Assembly: GCA_918797485.1 (NCBI GenBank)
Contig: CAKKNE010000003.1
Span: forward strand, 2,480,001-2,544,000
From: Pelagomonas calceolata
Taxonomy: Eukaryota
Length of the DNA: 64,000 nucleotides
Direction: 5' to 3'
Made by a program: the position numbers and the translations under genes. This document shows, in pieces, positions 21,374 through 32,300 of the stretch. The notes beneath the pieces are model-generated. The model saw nothing but the letters and a program-made list of their open reading frames with translations, searched no databases and was not told the origin of the DNA. Each line of letters starts with the position of its first letter. Position 1 is the first letter of the stretch.

Positions 21374-21617
21374 TACCTAAAACAGCATCGCAAAAGTCGG
21401 TCGCTGCTATTGTCCCTGTGGCGCGCGCACGTTGGGTGGGCTGATTGATTACTGCTGCGAGTCTGCCGCCCAACAGTTAGAGCGCTTCGCCGCCGCCCGC
21501 CGACAAATAACACCTTGCCACAGCACGCCGCCGAGCAGCACGCCGCCGCAGCTGTCGCAGTCGTTGGAAAAGCACCCGCGCAGTCGTAAGATCCATCGCT
21601 GCGGGCGCGCAAGACCG

Positions 21618-23504
21618 ATGGCCGGCTCCCCCGAGCGGCGCACGCGTGCGACGGTCCGCTGGGAGACCGCTGTAAGGGAGGAAAAGGAGCTCGATTCAAG
21701 CATAGTGACGACGTTAGATAGCGGATGCACAGTGTTCATTGTGGACACGAAAACGCTGGCGAGCGGCCGCGAGCGCTGTAAGATAGACGAGCCGGTGCGG
21801 GGCTGGGTGTCGCGGCTACTCTTGGAGGAGGCCGTCGAAAGCGATGATGATGAGGAGGAGAGCGTCTCGCCAGAACCTTCGAAGAAGCGAGCGACGGGAC
21901 TCTCATCAAATGAGAGGGTGGCCGTCATTTCACTGCGCGGCAACGACCGCTGCTTTCATTGTTTTGCGCGGATTGAGGGGTTGTGGTGTGTCGACGGCGA
22001 GCGCGCCTATGGGTGTGCATCAACAGGTATCGTCGCGTGCAGCGCGTGCGGCATCAGCAGAAACTATTGGTCCCTCGAGGACGACGCGTGGGCGCCGCAC
22101 CACGTCGCGGCCCTGTGTCTGGGCGGCAACGGCCGGTTACGGCACCACCTCGAGAGCGTGGGCGCGTCGGACCCGGCGGTGTCCGCGCCGTACGTTTCTG
22201 CTTATGCGGAGCATTTGGCGGTGGCCGCCTGCGACGCCGTCAAGGCTTCCTTGGATTATGAGGCCCACTGGCTCGACGACGAGGAGTCATCTATAAGGAA
22301 CAGGAGGGACGCCTGCGTCAAACTCGTAGCTTCCAGTATAGAATCGCGCGACGTGACACCTGATCAAGACGAGCGCGCCGTGGAGCTGCGTACGAATGAA
22401 GGTAAATTAGGATTGGAGCTCGCCGAGGTCCATGGTGGGAGGTGCGCCGTTATCAAGTGCTCGGCGTGGACGGAGGCGGTCCAGCCCGGAGACTACGTTG
22501 TTGGTGTGGGCGAGAGGCGCTGCTGGCGCTACGCTCCGGTCGTGAAAGCTATTGCAAAGGCGAAGAAGCGCGGCATTGTAAAGCTGTTATTAAGGCGCGT
22601 CGACGTCGCGCAGCCGGAGCTCGATCAAAAAGAAGCGCCTCCGACGTCGGCGACGAACGAAGCGTGGACGGCGCAGAAGCAGGACGGCTCGCAGTCCAAG
22701 GTCCAGAGCTACTGGGACACGCGTGCCTCGAAGTCCTTCGACAGCGAGGACGGCGAAGTCGCTGCAATAACCAACACGATGCGACCCGTGCCCCCAAAAC
22801 CGGAGCTCGTCGCCGCCGTCGTGCCCGCGGGCGCGCCCCTTGGCTCGAAGATGACGCGCGACGCGGACTTCGCTCTGGTAGACGGCGCGCGCGTCGTCGG
22901 CGTCAATGGTGACCGCGACCGCGTGTCCTACGACCGCGTCGTCGAGGCCCTGGCGACGGCCGCGCGGCCGTTGCTGGTGCTGCTCGCGTCCGTGCCGCAA
23001 GAGGCGACGCCGACGAAGGAGAAGAAGGTCGTGCGCCTGCCGGAGGGCCCGCTCGGGCTGCGCCTCGCCGACGCGAGATTGAAGGACGGCGCGCCCGTGG
23101 CGCGCGTCGCGCGCGTCGCGCCGGGCGGACGCGCGTGGAAGGGCGGCGTCGTCGTGGGCGACGTGCTGACGGTTGTGGATGGAGACAACGTCGCGGGCTA
23201 CGCGCACGCCCTGGCGCTGCTCGCGGACCGGCGGCCGTGCGCGGCGACGTTCGAGTTCTGCGGGGACGCTCTTGATGTTGTCGCGGAGGCGCCGGCGGCG
23301 CCGGCGTCGTTGTTTGAGAAATTGAAAGCGCCGGCCGCGGAACTGGCGCGGAATCTGGCCGCGGACCTGGAGACGCTGAAGGCGGACCTGACGCCGTCGA
23401 AGGAGGAGCCGCCGCCGCCTCCACCGGTGCTGCCGCAGGTGAGCTCTGGGTCGCTCTCGTCGCCCCCTTCTGCGGATGGCAAGGAGGTTTATTTGTTTTC
23501 GTGA
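21618..23504 (+). CDS. SH3-like + divergent ArfGAP zinc finger + PDZ domain protein
   Basis: VRGWVS; NDRCFHC...CSAC...LGGN; KLGLEL...VQPGDYVV; GPLGL...VGDVLTVVDG. Confidence 0.65.
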   Translation: MAGSPERRTRATVRWETAVREEKELDSSIVTTLDSGCTVFIVDTKTLASGRERCKIDEPVRGWVSRLLLEEAVESDDDEEESVSPEPSKKRATGLSSNERVAVISLRGNDRCFHCFARIEGLWCVDGERAYGCASTGIVACSACGISRNYWSLEDDAWAPHHVAALCLGGNGRLRHHLESVGASDPAVSAPYVSAYAEHLAVAACDAVKASLDYEAHWLDDEESSIRNRRDACVKLVASSIESRDVTPDQDERAVELRTNEGKLGLELAEVHGGRCAVIKCSAWTEAVQPGDYVVGVGERRCWRYAPVVKAIAKAKKRGIVKLLLRRVDVAQPELDQKEAPPTSATNEAWTAQKQDGSQSKVQSYWDTRASKSFDSEDGEVAAITNTMRPVPPKPELVAAVVPAGAPLGSKMTRDADFALVDGARVVGVNGDRDRVSYDRVVEALATAARPLLVLLASVPQEATPTKEKKVVRLPEGPLGLRLADARLKDGAPVARVARVAPGGRAWKGGVVVGDVLTVVDGDNVAGYAHALALLADRRPCAATFEFCGDALDVVAEAPAAPASLFEKLKAPAAELARNLAADLETLKADLTPSKEEPPPPPPVLPQVSSGSLSSPPSADGKEVYLFS

Positions 23505-24143
23505 TAAGTTTCTATGTGTGATATCCCCGCGCGGCGGCGCCGCGTCCGACCATCACATCTACTTGACGACGCCGTGCAAAGCCATAATCACCATCAGACC
23601 TCTCCGACAGAGCCAGGAACGTTGCGGGCCTGAAACCTTGCGCGTTGGCGCGTCTGGCCTATATGGCCCGGTAGGGGGTCAAACAAAGTGCAGCATTTCG
23701 TGAAGTGCCCATCAGCTCGACGTGAACACGCTCAACTCGCCGCAAGTATCAGTGTCGAATTCTTCACTAAACGCCAATCGTCCCTTCAGCATGGTTGTCG
23801 CGAGTCGCGTAAATTGTAATTGCTTGCAATAGCATTGCAAATGCGTGCGCACGTGCTTCCGTCAAACCGGTCGCGCCGCGCATTTCCAATCGAGAGCTTC
23901 AGCCACCGCGCCCGACGGCAAAGGATTGGCTGCATAGCTCGCGCATTTTGGCCACCGCGCGCCGCGCGTCGTCGTTCGTCGAAGTACCCCGCTCGACCCT
24001 ACGTCGGGCGGGCAGGCACGGAGGCCTTCTCTGGTCATCCGTAGCACATCCCCATCCCCATCGACCCATCCCCACATCGCGTAAAAAGTACTTAGTACAA
24101 AAAACACTCAGAGCTCAGCTCACGACAAGCAGCCCTATAGCAG

Positions 24144-24165
24144 GCTAGCGTATCGACACACTAGC
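24144..24165 (-). promoter_or_regulatory. CTAG dyad element copy 5
   Basis: Reverse complement GCTAGTGTGTCGATACGCTAGC, upstream of ARPC5. Confidence 0.65.
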
Positions 24166-24356
24166 TCACTTTCAGGCTTTTGCTCGAGGAGCGCCTAGCT
24201 GCAGCGAGACCGCCCGCTGCAGAGAAGTTGCGCACTCGGTACTACTCCAACAGCTGCGCGCCGCAACGACACTTATCCACGCCGCCTCAGCTCCTGTCAA
24301 AAGGACCTATAGCGCTGCGCACACTCACACCCGGCCCAGGGACGCGCGGCCGAAGC

Positions 24357-24656
24357 ATGGCCGACCTCGACACGCTACTAGCCACGGCGCCCGCCGGCTC
24401 CAAGGACGCTTCACAAAAACAAACACACGCGGACCAGGTCTTCGCCGCGCTCGACAAGATCGCCGACTCGAAAATCGACGTCACGATCGACGCGATGACG
24501 CCCGATCATGGTGATGTGCTCCTCAAGTACGTCTACAAGGGCCTGGAGACGCCGTCGGACCGCACGGCGAAGCTCTTTATGTGGCAGGCGAAGCTCGCGG
24601 AGAAGTTCGGCGTCGGGTCCATAGTAAGGGTGCTCTCGGACCGGAAGACTGTGTAA
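24357..24656 (+). CDS. ARPC5: Arp2/3 complex subunit 5 (p16-Arc)
   Basis: DVLLKYVYKGL...W...GVGSIVRVLSDRKTV. Confidence 0.9.
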   Translation: MADLDTLLATAPAGSKDASQKQTHADQVFAALDKIADSKIDVTIDAMTPDHGDVLLKYVYKGLETPSDRTAKLFMWQAKLAEKFGVGSIVRVLSDRKTV

Positions 24657-24718
24657 GTATGACTAATGGAGTAGTACCTCGCCGACGGCGCGATGAGGGC
24701 CTACAGCAGTAGATGAAT

Positions 24719-26236
24719 TTAGAGCCCCGCCTCCAGCCTAGGAGAGTCGTCATCCCCGGGCTCGTAGCAGCAGTCCCGCGCATCTAATGAAGAGAACGCG
24801 GCGCCGTTGAAGCACGCCAGGTGGTCGTCCCGACCGGCGAAGGCGCACCGCCGCAGCACCGCACTCGACTTGTCCTCGGAGAGCGCCACGCCGTGCTCCC
24901 CGTTCTTCGAGAACGTCGCATCCGACACGTCGCAAGACGCGCCCGACTGGACCCAGACCCCGCACCTCCGGTTCCGCGACAGGTCCGCCCTCCGCAGCTT
25001 CGATGAAGACCCGGGGTCGGAAACAAACACCCCAAACAACGCGTTGTGCGCGCAGCGCAGCCGCAGCGCGTCGTCGACGCGCGCCGCGTCCTGAATTTCC
25101 AGGCCGTGCGCGCCGTTCTCCGAGAGGTCGCATCTTTCCAGAGTCGCCGTCGTCCCCGCGCCGCTCAACAAGACGCCCGTGTGGCGGCAGTTCGCGCCAG
25201 TAACTCGTAATAGGGAAAGCGTTGCGCCGCGCTGCGCGTTGACCCCTGATAATGCGGAAGCACTCCCGACGGCGCACGACTCGAGGGCCAGGCGGCCGCC
25301 CTTGACGCCGACGGCCGCGCAGGGCCTCGCTAACTCATTCACTTCGGTCGAGCACCGCCACGCGATGCCTCGCGCCGTACACGAGCCCGCAGCTGTCACT
25401 AATAAAGCCCGTGAACCTGGCGCCGGCGCCTCGACGGTGACCGTCGTTAACGGCGCGCCGACGCCTTCGTCGTCACTCGTAGTTTCGGCCGCTTCGAGTT
25501 TTATTGGTCTTGCAACGACCAATGCCTCGCGATACAATCCAGGCGCGATAATAACTAGTCCATCATCTTCCGCGGCGTCGATCGCCGCCTGGATCGTCGC
25601 GAAGTCGTCTGGTATCCTTGATATAGATGGAGGCTCCTGATCTTGGTACGAGGCGTAGGCCGCGACCAACGCATCTTCCTCGACGACCGGTTGCTTCTTT
25701 AGAGGAGAAAGAGCAGCCAACCGGTCAGATAACGACTTCTTCCTCTCCCTCTGTAAAGGAGGCGACGCCTCCGCGTGCTTCTGCGCTTGTTGAGCCGCGA
25801 CCTCTGCCCGTGCCGCGGCCTCTCGAGCTGCTTTCACCGCATCTAGACAAGTTTTCGTCGGCTGGTTCTCGACCAGTTTCACCATCATCGTCTTCATCTC
25901 GGTGCAGCGCGCGTCCAACGCGTCTAAGCGTGATGCTACTACTGCTTCTACTCTAGCACATCGTCTTTCCACTCTTTCAACAGCAGCTCGGAGAGCTCTC
26001 CGAGCAGCTACCGTGGACGCCGGTTCGCGCTTGTCGGCCGACGTCGGTGTTCTAGGAGGCGAGGGCGGCGTGACACTTGTAGGTTTGAAGACCGTGGCCG
26101 GCGGCGCGTTCTGCTTGGACGGCGGAACAGGAGAGGAAAACGGGTCGGCCGCCGCGTAGTCCTCGTGGACCTTGGCGTGGGCCATCGTCGCGTGGGCGTC
26201 CGACAGTGCCGAGGCTAATGCGGAGGCGAGGGCCAT
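24719..26236 (-). CDS. Right-handed beta-helix (pectin-lyase fold) protein
   Basis: IPDDFATIQAAIDAA...PGLYRE followed by N..G repeats. Confidence 0.75.
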   Translation of the reverse strand: MALASALASALSDAHATMAHAKVHEDYAAADPFSSPVPPSKQNAPPATVFKPTSVTPPSPPRTPTSADKREPASTVAARRALRAAVERVERRCARVEAVVASRLDALDARCTEMKTMMVKLVENQPTKTCLDAVKAAREAAARAEVAAQQAQKHAEASPPLQRERKKSLSDRLAALSPLKKQPVVEEDALVAAYASYQDQEPPSISRIPDDFATIQAAIDAAEDDGLVIIAPGLYREALVVARPIKLEAAETTSDDEGVGAPLTTVTVEAPAPGSRALLVTAAGSCTARGIAWRCSTEVNELARPCAAVGVKGGRLALESCAVGSASALSGVNAQRGATLSLLRVTGANCRHTGVLLSGAGTTATLERCDLSENGAHGLEIQDAARVDDALRLRCAHNALFGVFVSDPGSSSKLRRADLSRNRRCGVWVQSGASCDVSDATFSKNGEHGVALSEDKSSAVLRRCAFAGRDDHLACFNGAAFSSLDARDCCYEPGDDDSPRLEAGL

Positions 26237-26479
26237 GATTGGTGGTGCTGGGAGTGGTGCTCCGGGAGCCGGGGCAGCAGCGGGGGCGGAGTTGGATACG
26301 CCGCCGCGCCAGTCCGATTGATCGATGGCTGCCTCGGCGCGCGCGCGAGTGTGGCACGCTGCCCCTGCCCACTGTTTTGCCTTTCAGTTTTTTTTCCCTG
26401 TGCTCTCAGAAGGGACGAGCTCCTTCCCCGCTCTGACGAGGTCTGTGGGCCGTGCTTGAAGCCTTGCATTGGTACTTGA

Positions 26480-26501
26480 GCTAGCGGACTGAGACACTAG
26501 C
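26480..26501 (-). promoter_or_regulatory. CTAG dyad element copy 6
   Basis: GCTAGCGGACTGAGACACTAGC, divergent intergenic. Confidence 0.65.
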
Positions 26502-26726
26502 AAGCATGCAAAAAAAAAGTGTGTGTGCAAATCGAGTCGCGGTTGCCTACCGCGTTTCACCATTGCAGTCACCCTAATTACTTAAGAATTGCTGCCAGCG
26601 ATAAATCGTGCGAGCCCTCGAGCTGCCGCGCTGCGTTGGCTGCGCCAAGTGACCGCAGTGCGAGCTTTGACGCCGCGCGCGCAGTGCGCGAAGGCCTGCA
26701 CGCCGCCGCGGCGCCACAAAAAAACG

Positions 26727-27737
26727 ATGGGCCTCGCCGCCGCGACGCTCGACGCCTTCCTCGCGACCTGCTTCACCTGGGCCGTGACGGCCGCCGGCGC
26801 CGCTTTAGTTTTTGTGCTCCCACCGGACGAGGCGACGCAGCGGCAATTACTAAGACCGATGCTGGGGTTTGCGGGCGGTGTGATGACCTCCGCCAGCTTC
26901 TTCTCGCTGCTCGCGCCGGCCTTGGAGCTCGCCGAGGACCAGCTGGGCCGGAGGTGGTCCTTCGTCCCTGTTGCCGTTGGTTTCTTCTTGGGCGGCGCGT
27001 TCCTCTATTTATGTGATGTCTACATGGAAACGCAACAGATCCACGACCCGCTCGCGCTCATGCAGGACGCCGTGCTCGGGCGGAAGGCGAAGGCGAAGGC
27101 GGACTCGCCGTTGCGGCGGTCGCCGCGGAGCAGCAGCAACCCCTACGCGACGCCGTCGAACGCGCGACTTAGGAGACCGGACGCGCTGCCGCGCGTGCCG
27201 TCTTCCTTAGAAGGTGGGCGCGGGCCGCCACAGCCGGACGACGACTCCACCGCAAAAAAGGCCGCGGCGGCGCGGCGGGCCGTCGCGCTATTAGTGTTTG
27301 CGATCACGCTGCACAACTTCCCCGAGGGCCTGGCTGTGGGAGTTGGGTTTGGCGGCGCCGCCGCGGGCCTCGCGGGCCAATCTAGAGCGAAGGCCATGAA
27401 CCTCGCTCTGGGCATCGGGCTGCAGAATTTCCCCGAGGGCCTCGCCGTGTCGATGCCGCTCAAACGGGCGGGACTGTCGTCGTACAAAGCGTTCTTGTTT
27501 GGGCAGCTGTCTGGTGTCGTCGAGCCGGTCGGTGGTATAATGGGTGCGGCGCTCGTAACGCTTGTGACACCGATCCTGCCTTACGCCTTAGCCTTCGCCG
27601 CCGGCGCGATGATCTACGTCGTCGTCGACCAGCTGATCCCCGAGTCGCTCGCGGGCCCGTCTCAGAACAAGCAGCAGACGCTCGCGTTCATGGGCGGATT
27701 CGGGCTGATGATGGTGATGGACGTGGCTCTCGGTTAG
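26727..27737 (+). CDS. ZIP (GufA/ZIP11-like) zinc/iron transporter
   Basis: ITLHNFPEGLAVG, IGLQNFPEGLAVS, SGVVEP, AFAAGAMIYVVVDQLIPE. Confidence 0.92.
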   Translation: MGLAAATLDAFLATCFTWAVTAAGAALVFVLPPDEATQRQLLRPMLGFAGGVMTSASFFSLLAPALELAEDQLGRRWSFVPVAVGFFLGGAFLYLCDVYMETQQIHDPLALMQDAVLGRKAKAKADSPLRRSPRSSSNPYATPSNARLRRPDALPRVPSSLEGGRGPPQPDDDSTAKKAAAARRAVALLVFAITLHNFPEGLAVGVGFGGAAAGLAGQSRAKAMNLALGIGLQNFPEGLAVSMPLKRAGLSSYKAFLFGQLSGVVEPVGGIMGAALVTLVTPILPYALAFAAGAMIYVVVDQLIPESLAGPSQNKQQTLAFMGGFGLMMVMDVALG

Positions 27738-27801
27738 ACGGCGCCTCTTCTTCTAAGGTATACTATGTGTCTTACTGATCTATCCCCGAGAAATCGCGAC
27801 T

Positions 27802-27825
27802 GCTAGTGTCTTACCGACCGCTAGC
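27802..27825 (+). promoter_or_regulatory. CTAG dyad element copy 7
   Basis: GCTAGTGTCTTACCGACCGCTAGC. Confidence 0.65.
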
Positions 27826-27954
27826 ACGATGTAATTAGTTTTTTTAGCTCTTTGCCGCTGTGCGGGTGTAGAAATCCCGCTCTTATTATCCACATCGCAG
27901 CAGACGCATCTCGTTACTGTTCTGCGCACGACTTTGCCTTTCCTTCGCATCTCT

Positions 27955-28728
27955 ATGGCTACAGTGCCCGCAGTCCAAGAGGCTCCAAAGGCGCGGCCGA
28001 CGCACTGTCCGCCGACGAGGCCGAAGACGAAGCGCCCGCGCACGCTCGCCGACGTGCCGCAGGCTGTGCTACACAAAGAGATTTTCAGGTTCGACGCGCT
28101 CCAAAGGGAGAACGAACACCTACGGTCCGAGGTCGCGCGCCTCCGCAAAATACTAACCCAACCCTACTACGAAGCCTCGTTGGAGCTCATCAAGCGCCAA
28201 GCAGCAATGGGCCAGATAGAGGCCGACCTCTTCACCGACGACCTCGTAGAAGCCTATGCGGACAGCGACGAACCGCTGACGCTGGCGGATCAATGGCCGC
28301 AGCTGACGACGGAGGACAAGTGTTCCATCGTGCCGCAGCTCGTCGCCCGGGGGTTTTGCGTGGAGACGCTCGTTGGAGCCAACGTGGCCGCCCCGATTTC
28401 CGTGTATTTTAAATACGAATGGGACGACGCGGACCGGGCTGGGAGCGGCAAGATGCACCGTTTCCATGCGCCGCCGACGCCGCGCTTCAAGGTCGGGGAC
28501 GCGATCCTCTGCAAGACGGGGCCCGCGGCGGACGCGTGGGAGCCAGGCAGCATCGTCAAGATCGGTTGGGCGGAATCGGTGTTGGAGCTCGAGAAGGATT
28601 ACGTGGCCGCGTACCAGATACAGCTCGCCAATTCGGAGGATCTGGTATATGCGCCGAACGACACCGACGAGTATGTCCGCCCTTATGTCGACTCACCCCC
28701 CGCGAAGAGACGGAAGCTAGACAAGTAG
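27955..28728 (+). CDS. Hypothetical protein with a C-terminal SH3/Tudor-like beta domain and NLS
   Basis: RFKVGD..LC...WEPG.IV..GW...YQIQL...YAPNDTDEYVR; PPAKRRK. Confidence 0.65.
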   Translation: MATVPAVQEAPKARPTHCPPTRPKTKRPRTLADVPQAVLHKEIFRFDALQRENEHLRSEVARLRKILTQPYYEASLELIKRQAAMGQIEADLFTDDLVEAYADSDEPLTLADQWPQLTTEDKCSIVPQLVARGFCVETLVGANVAAPISVYFKYEWDDADRAGSGKMHRFHAPPTPRFKVGDAILCKTGPAADAWEPGSIVKIGWAESVLELEKDYVAAYQIQLANSEDLVYAPNDTDEYVRPYVDSPPAKRRKLDK

Positions 28729-28926
28729 TAAGTTTTGTGATTGAGTTTACAACATACTATGCCTCCACAGCTTGCGGTCCAGACTGCTACAAAAACGGGT
28801 TTTCCAAGTCATTTTTTTGCCCGCATATCGCTTTGGGTGTCTAGCTTGTAGCTGAGAGCACTCGAGCATTCGAGCTTTCACGCATAGATCGAAGCTCGCA
28901 TCAAGTTTCGCATTTGGAGTCCTTGA

Positions 28927-29340
28927 GAGCTGAATATCAATAATCATGTCATTGGCCTCGCCGTCCACGACAAAGGCGGCCCTGAGGTCGAGTGCGCGCT
29001 CGGGGAGGGAGACGAGGGTTGGGTGCCGTGTGAAGTGGTTCAGATCGGATGGGGAGAGACGTTCGGTGACATGGGGCCGGTGCCTGACGGGGGATACGAC
29101 TATATTTGCCCCTACCAGGTCAAGACGAATTCGGGCCGCCTCGCGATGGCGCCGTACGACACCGACGAGTTCATCCGCTTGAGGCCCAAGCCGCTCGCGC
29201 CGGCTGCGCACGGGCTCCTGCAGGCCGTCAAGGACGCCGGCGTGAGCGACGACAAGCTGCTGGACACCGCGTTGAAGGCGGTGGACAAGCTCGCCGACGC
29301 ATTTGAGGTGAAGGATGGGAACATCGACGATTGCTTTTAG
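28927..29340 (+). pseudogene. Start-less paralogous copy of the upstream gene's C-terminal domain
   Basis: EVEC...WVPCEVVQIGW...PYQVK...MAPYDTDEFIR; in-frame TGA at 28924-28926 and no in-frame ATG before the domain. Confidence 0.5.
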
Positions 29341-29368
29341 GGGGACTAAGAATACCACTAATCATAAC

Positions 29369-32300
29369 TTACGTTGCCGCCGCCCAAGGGGGCGCCGGAC
29401 TCTCCACCACCGTAGAAGACTGCTGCGCCAGCCGCTCGGCCTGCTGCTTCTCGACGGCCTCCTTGAACTCATCAGACGCCCCGAGCAGCGCCGGCGGCCA
29501 CGGCAGACTGAACTGCGCCTCGCCCCGATCTTCTTTAGCTAGAGCAGCTAAAGTTTCGGGCGTGTCCTCGTCATCCGAGACTTCGTCGCCGAACGCCACA
29601 AACTCACGAATCGGCGGCGTCTCCTCATTCGCCCGAGCAGCTCTACACTTGCTACAAACAAACTCGTCCGCCGCCTTCTCGTCGGCCTCCTCGACGCCCA
29701 CGCACCGCCCGTGGAACCACTCGTCCCCACAAGCCGACCCATCGTTGCAGCCGAGCATGAACGCGCCGTCCGACGGCCCCCGACAAAAGCAGTAGCGCTT
29801 GCCCCCATCATCAATTATCGCGGCACACCTTCTCCTCAACGTTTCTAGGCGCAAGGGGATGTGCCGCGACGCTTCGAGGACCGCTTTGACCGCCGTGACG
29901 TCGACTTTCCGTTCCTTGCCTCGCGACGACGACGTCTTTACTTCTGCCTCTTCCGGAGGCTCCTCTTCTTGAGGCGGCTCCTCTTCCGCAACGGGCTGCT
30001 CCGTGGGCTTGGGCTTGGGCTTCGGCCGAGATCTAGGTTCTGGTCGGCGACATAACTGCGCCAATCTACGTCTTAACACAGCACCTCTTTCCAAACAACC
30101 AGAAAAGTGCTGCAAGGGCAGATCGGGAATGCCCAATGACGGCGCCGCACTCGTAATAGGTATGACATCTCTACAGCGAGGCGGCGCCCGTAGCAACGCC
30201 GCCGCGGCGTAGGCCCAGGCCAACCTCCTAAGCGGCTGGGCCGTCTCCGGCGGGCACTGCTTCACCAGATCATCCACGGAACGCATCAATTGCGGCGGAT
30301 CTTTAGGTGCTTTTGAGACACATCGCACCGCCGCCAGCGCCAGCGTGTCTCCAGAAGGTCTTGCAACGATATTTCGCACGCCATCCACCCAGGCGCCGAT
30401 GTTGTTCTCCAGGGTCCGTTCCGTCGCCTCCCTCTCGGAAGATGCGAACCGCTCCAGGACACACCTCGCACACGTGAACGGCTCCGTCGACACATTGCTC
30501 ACAGATTTATAACGAGTTTCTGGATCCTCATCTATTGCAGGAGGATTCAGCGCGTCCAACGCATCTTGGGCCGCTTTTGCTGCGGCTTGCCGGTCCTGAT
30601 CCAGTAACCGAGCCTTCTTCTTGGCCGCGGCATTGAGCGGCTGCGGTCGTTTTTTGGACACCAACGGTTCTAGATCAGGGCCGCCCCGCCCGACACATCT
30701 AGCATGAAATTGCATCGCACAGGACTCGCACTGCAGCATCTGGCCGTCTGCTGGTGAGGCACACAAACAAACTTGCAATGACGCCTGCTTGACGACGTCG
30801 ACGTCTCCGGAAATGTCTACTCGTATCTTCGCCGCTTCCGGCAGTAGAGCTCGCAACTCGCTAATAGACGCTTCTCCCCTCTCAATCCCCGTGCGCTTGA
30901 CCTTGGCGAACCACGCTCTAGCGGCTCGCGCGGCGCTTCGCAACGCGCGCGCGTCTTCACAATCGCCGAGGCCGACCTTCGTGGCCTCGCGCGCGAGGGC
31001 GTCGACGGCCTTCAGTTTCCTCTTGGGACCGCTCCGCAACGCGTCCCTGGCGTCGAAGATCCACTTCTTTCTACGACGTAGAGAGTCACAAGCGTCCATG
31101 ATGCCGCGTCGGTCCCTTCTGGAAGTCATCTTCTGTTGGAGAGCGGCGCCTCGACTTAACAAGTCTTCTAAGACACTGACGAGGGGAGCGTCTCGCCGCT
31201 CCAGAGCCTTCCTGGCTTCATCCCTCCACCCGTGCAACTGGCCGAATTTGTCGCGCAGCGCCGCAATCCTGAGCGACCAGTATTTGTGGAGCTGCTCCCA
31301 GGGCACCAAACATCGTATATCTTCTGGTTGATCATTGGCGTCCCGGGCCTGCAAGCCATGCCATAGTAACTGGCGGTCTCGGTCGATGCCTGACAGCTCA
31401 TCTGCGTCGACGGCCTCGCCCCGGTCGGCCCGGTCTGCCAGCTCCGCCGCTTCTCGCGAGAGTCGTAGTTGACCGTCGCGCATCTCGTCGGTCACGTGTT
31501 CCGCCTCGCGCAAGGACTGCAACGCTTTCTGGGCCCGGTCCTTCGCCTCAAAAGCGCGCTCCTCCCGCGCCTGCGCCGCACAAGCGACGGCGGTAATACG
31601 CCTAGCGGCAGCACACCACGCTAATATGTCTAAACAGCGTTCCAGTCTCCTTTCGTCGGCCGTCCGCACTCTAGGTGCTTTAGCCAAAGCAGCCTCAACT
31701 TCCCGTTTCAAAACCAGTTCCGCTCGCAGCACGCCGCGCCCGCGGTCGTCGTCCTCCGGGAGAGCGTCCCTCTCCAACTCGTCGCGATCGAGCCGCTCCT
31801 GCCGCGACAGCTTCTTCGGTCTAGGTTTTGGTGGAGGCTTCTTGTCGACAGCAGTGTCGACGTCCATCGGTTGTACAACGGGCGCCGGCCGCGGCACGAG
31901 GGGCGCGTCGTCACTGTCCTCACTGTCGGAGTCCTCACTGTCACTATCGCCGGTCTCGAGGCGAGCTAGTCGAGCCGTATGATTTGGCAGCAATCCGACA
32001 CACCGCTCTCCCACATCACTCAACAAAGTACGGACTTCACTCTTGAGCTCCGAGGCCGCGGTTAATCTATCTGCGAGAGCCTGCCTCTCGACCTCCATGT
32101 CCAGAGGTAGGGTGTTTAATGCGGCATCTAACGTTCTCAACACCTCAGGAGTGGGCTTGGCGTCACCAGTGCACGCGCCAATTGTTAAGTAGACGGGTCT
32201 CCGTTTCTCCGCCTTGCTCGGTTCTCGGACGTTGGCGCGAGCAGCCTCCTCTTCGGCCAGCTGGCGGGCCTTCTCCGAGGCTTTGGATCTTGTACTACTC

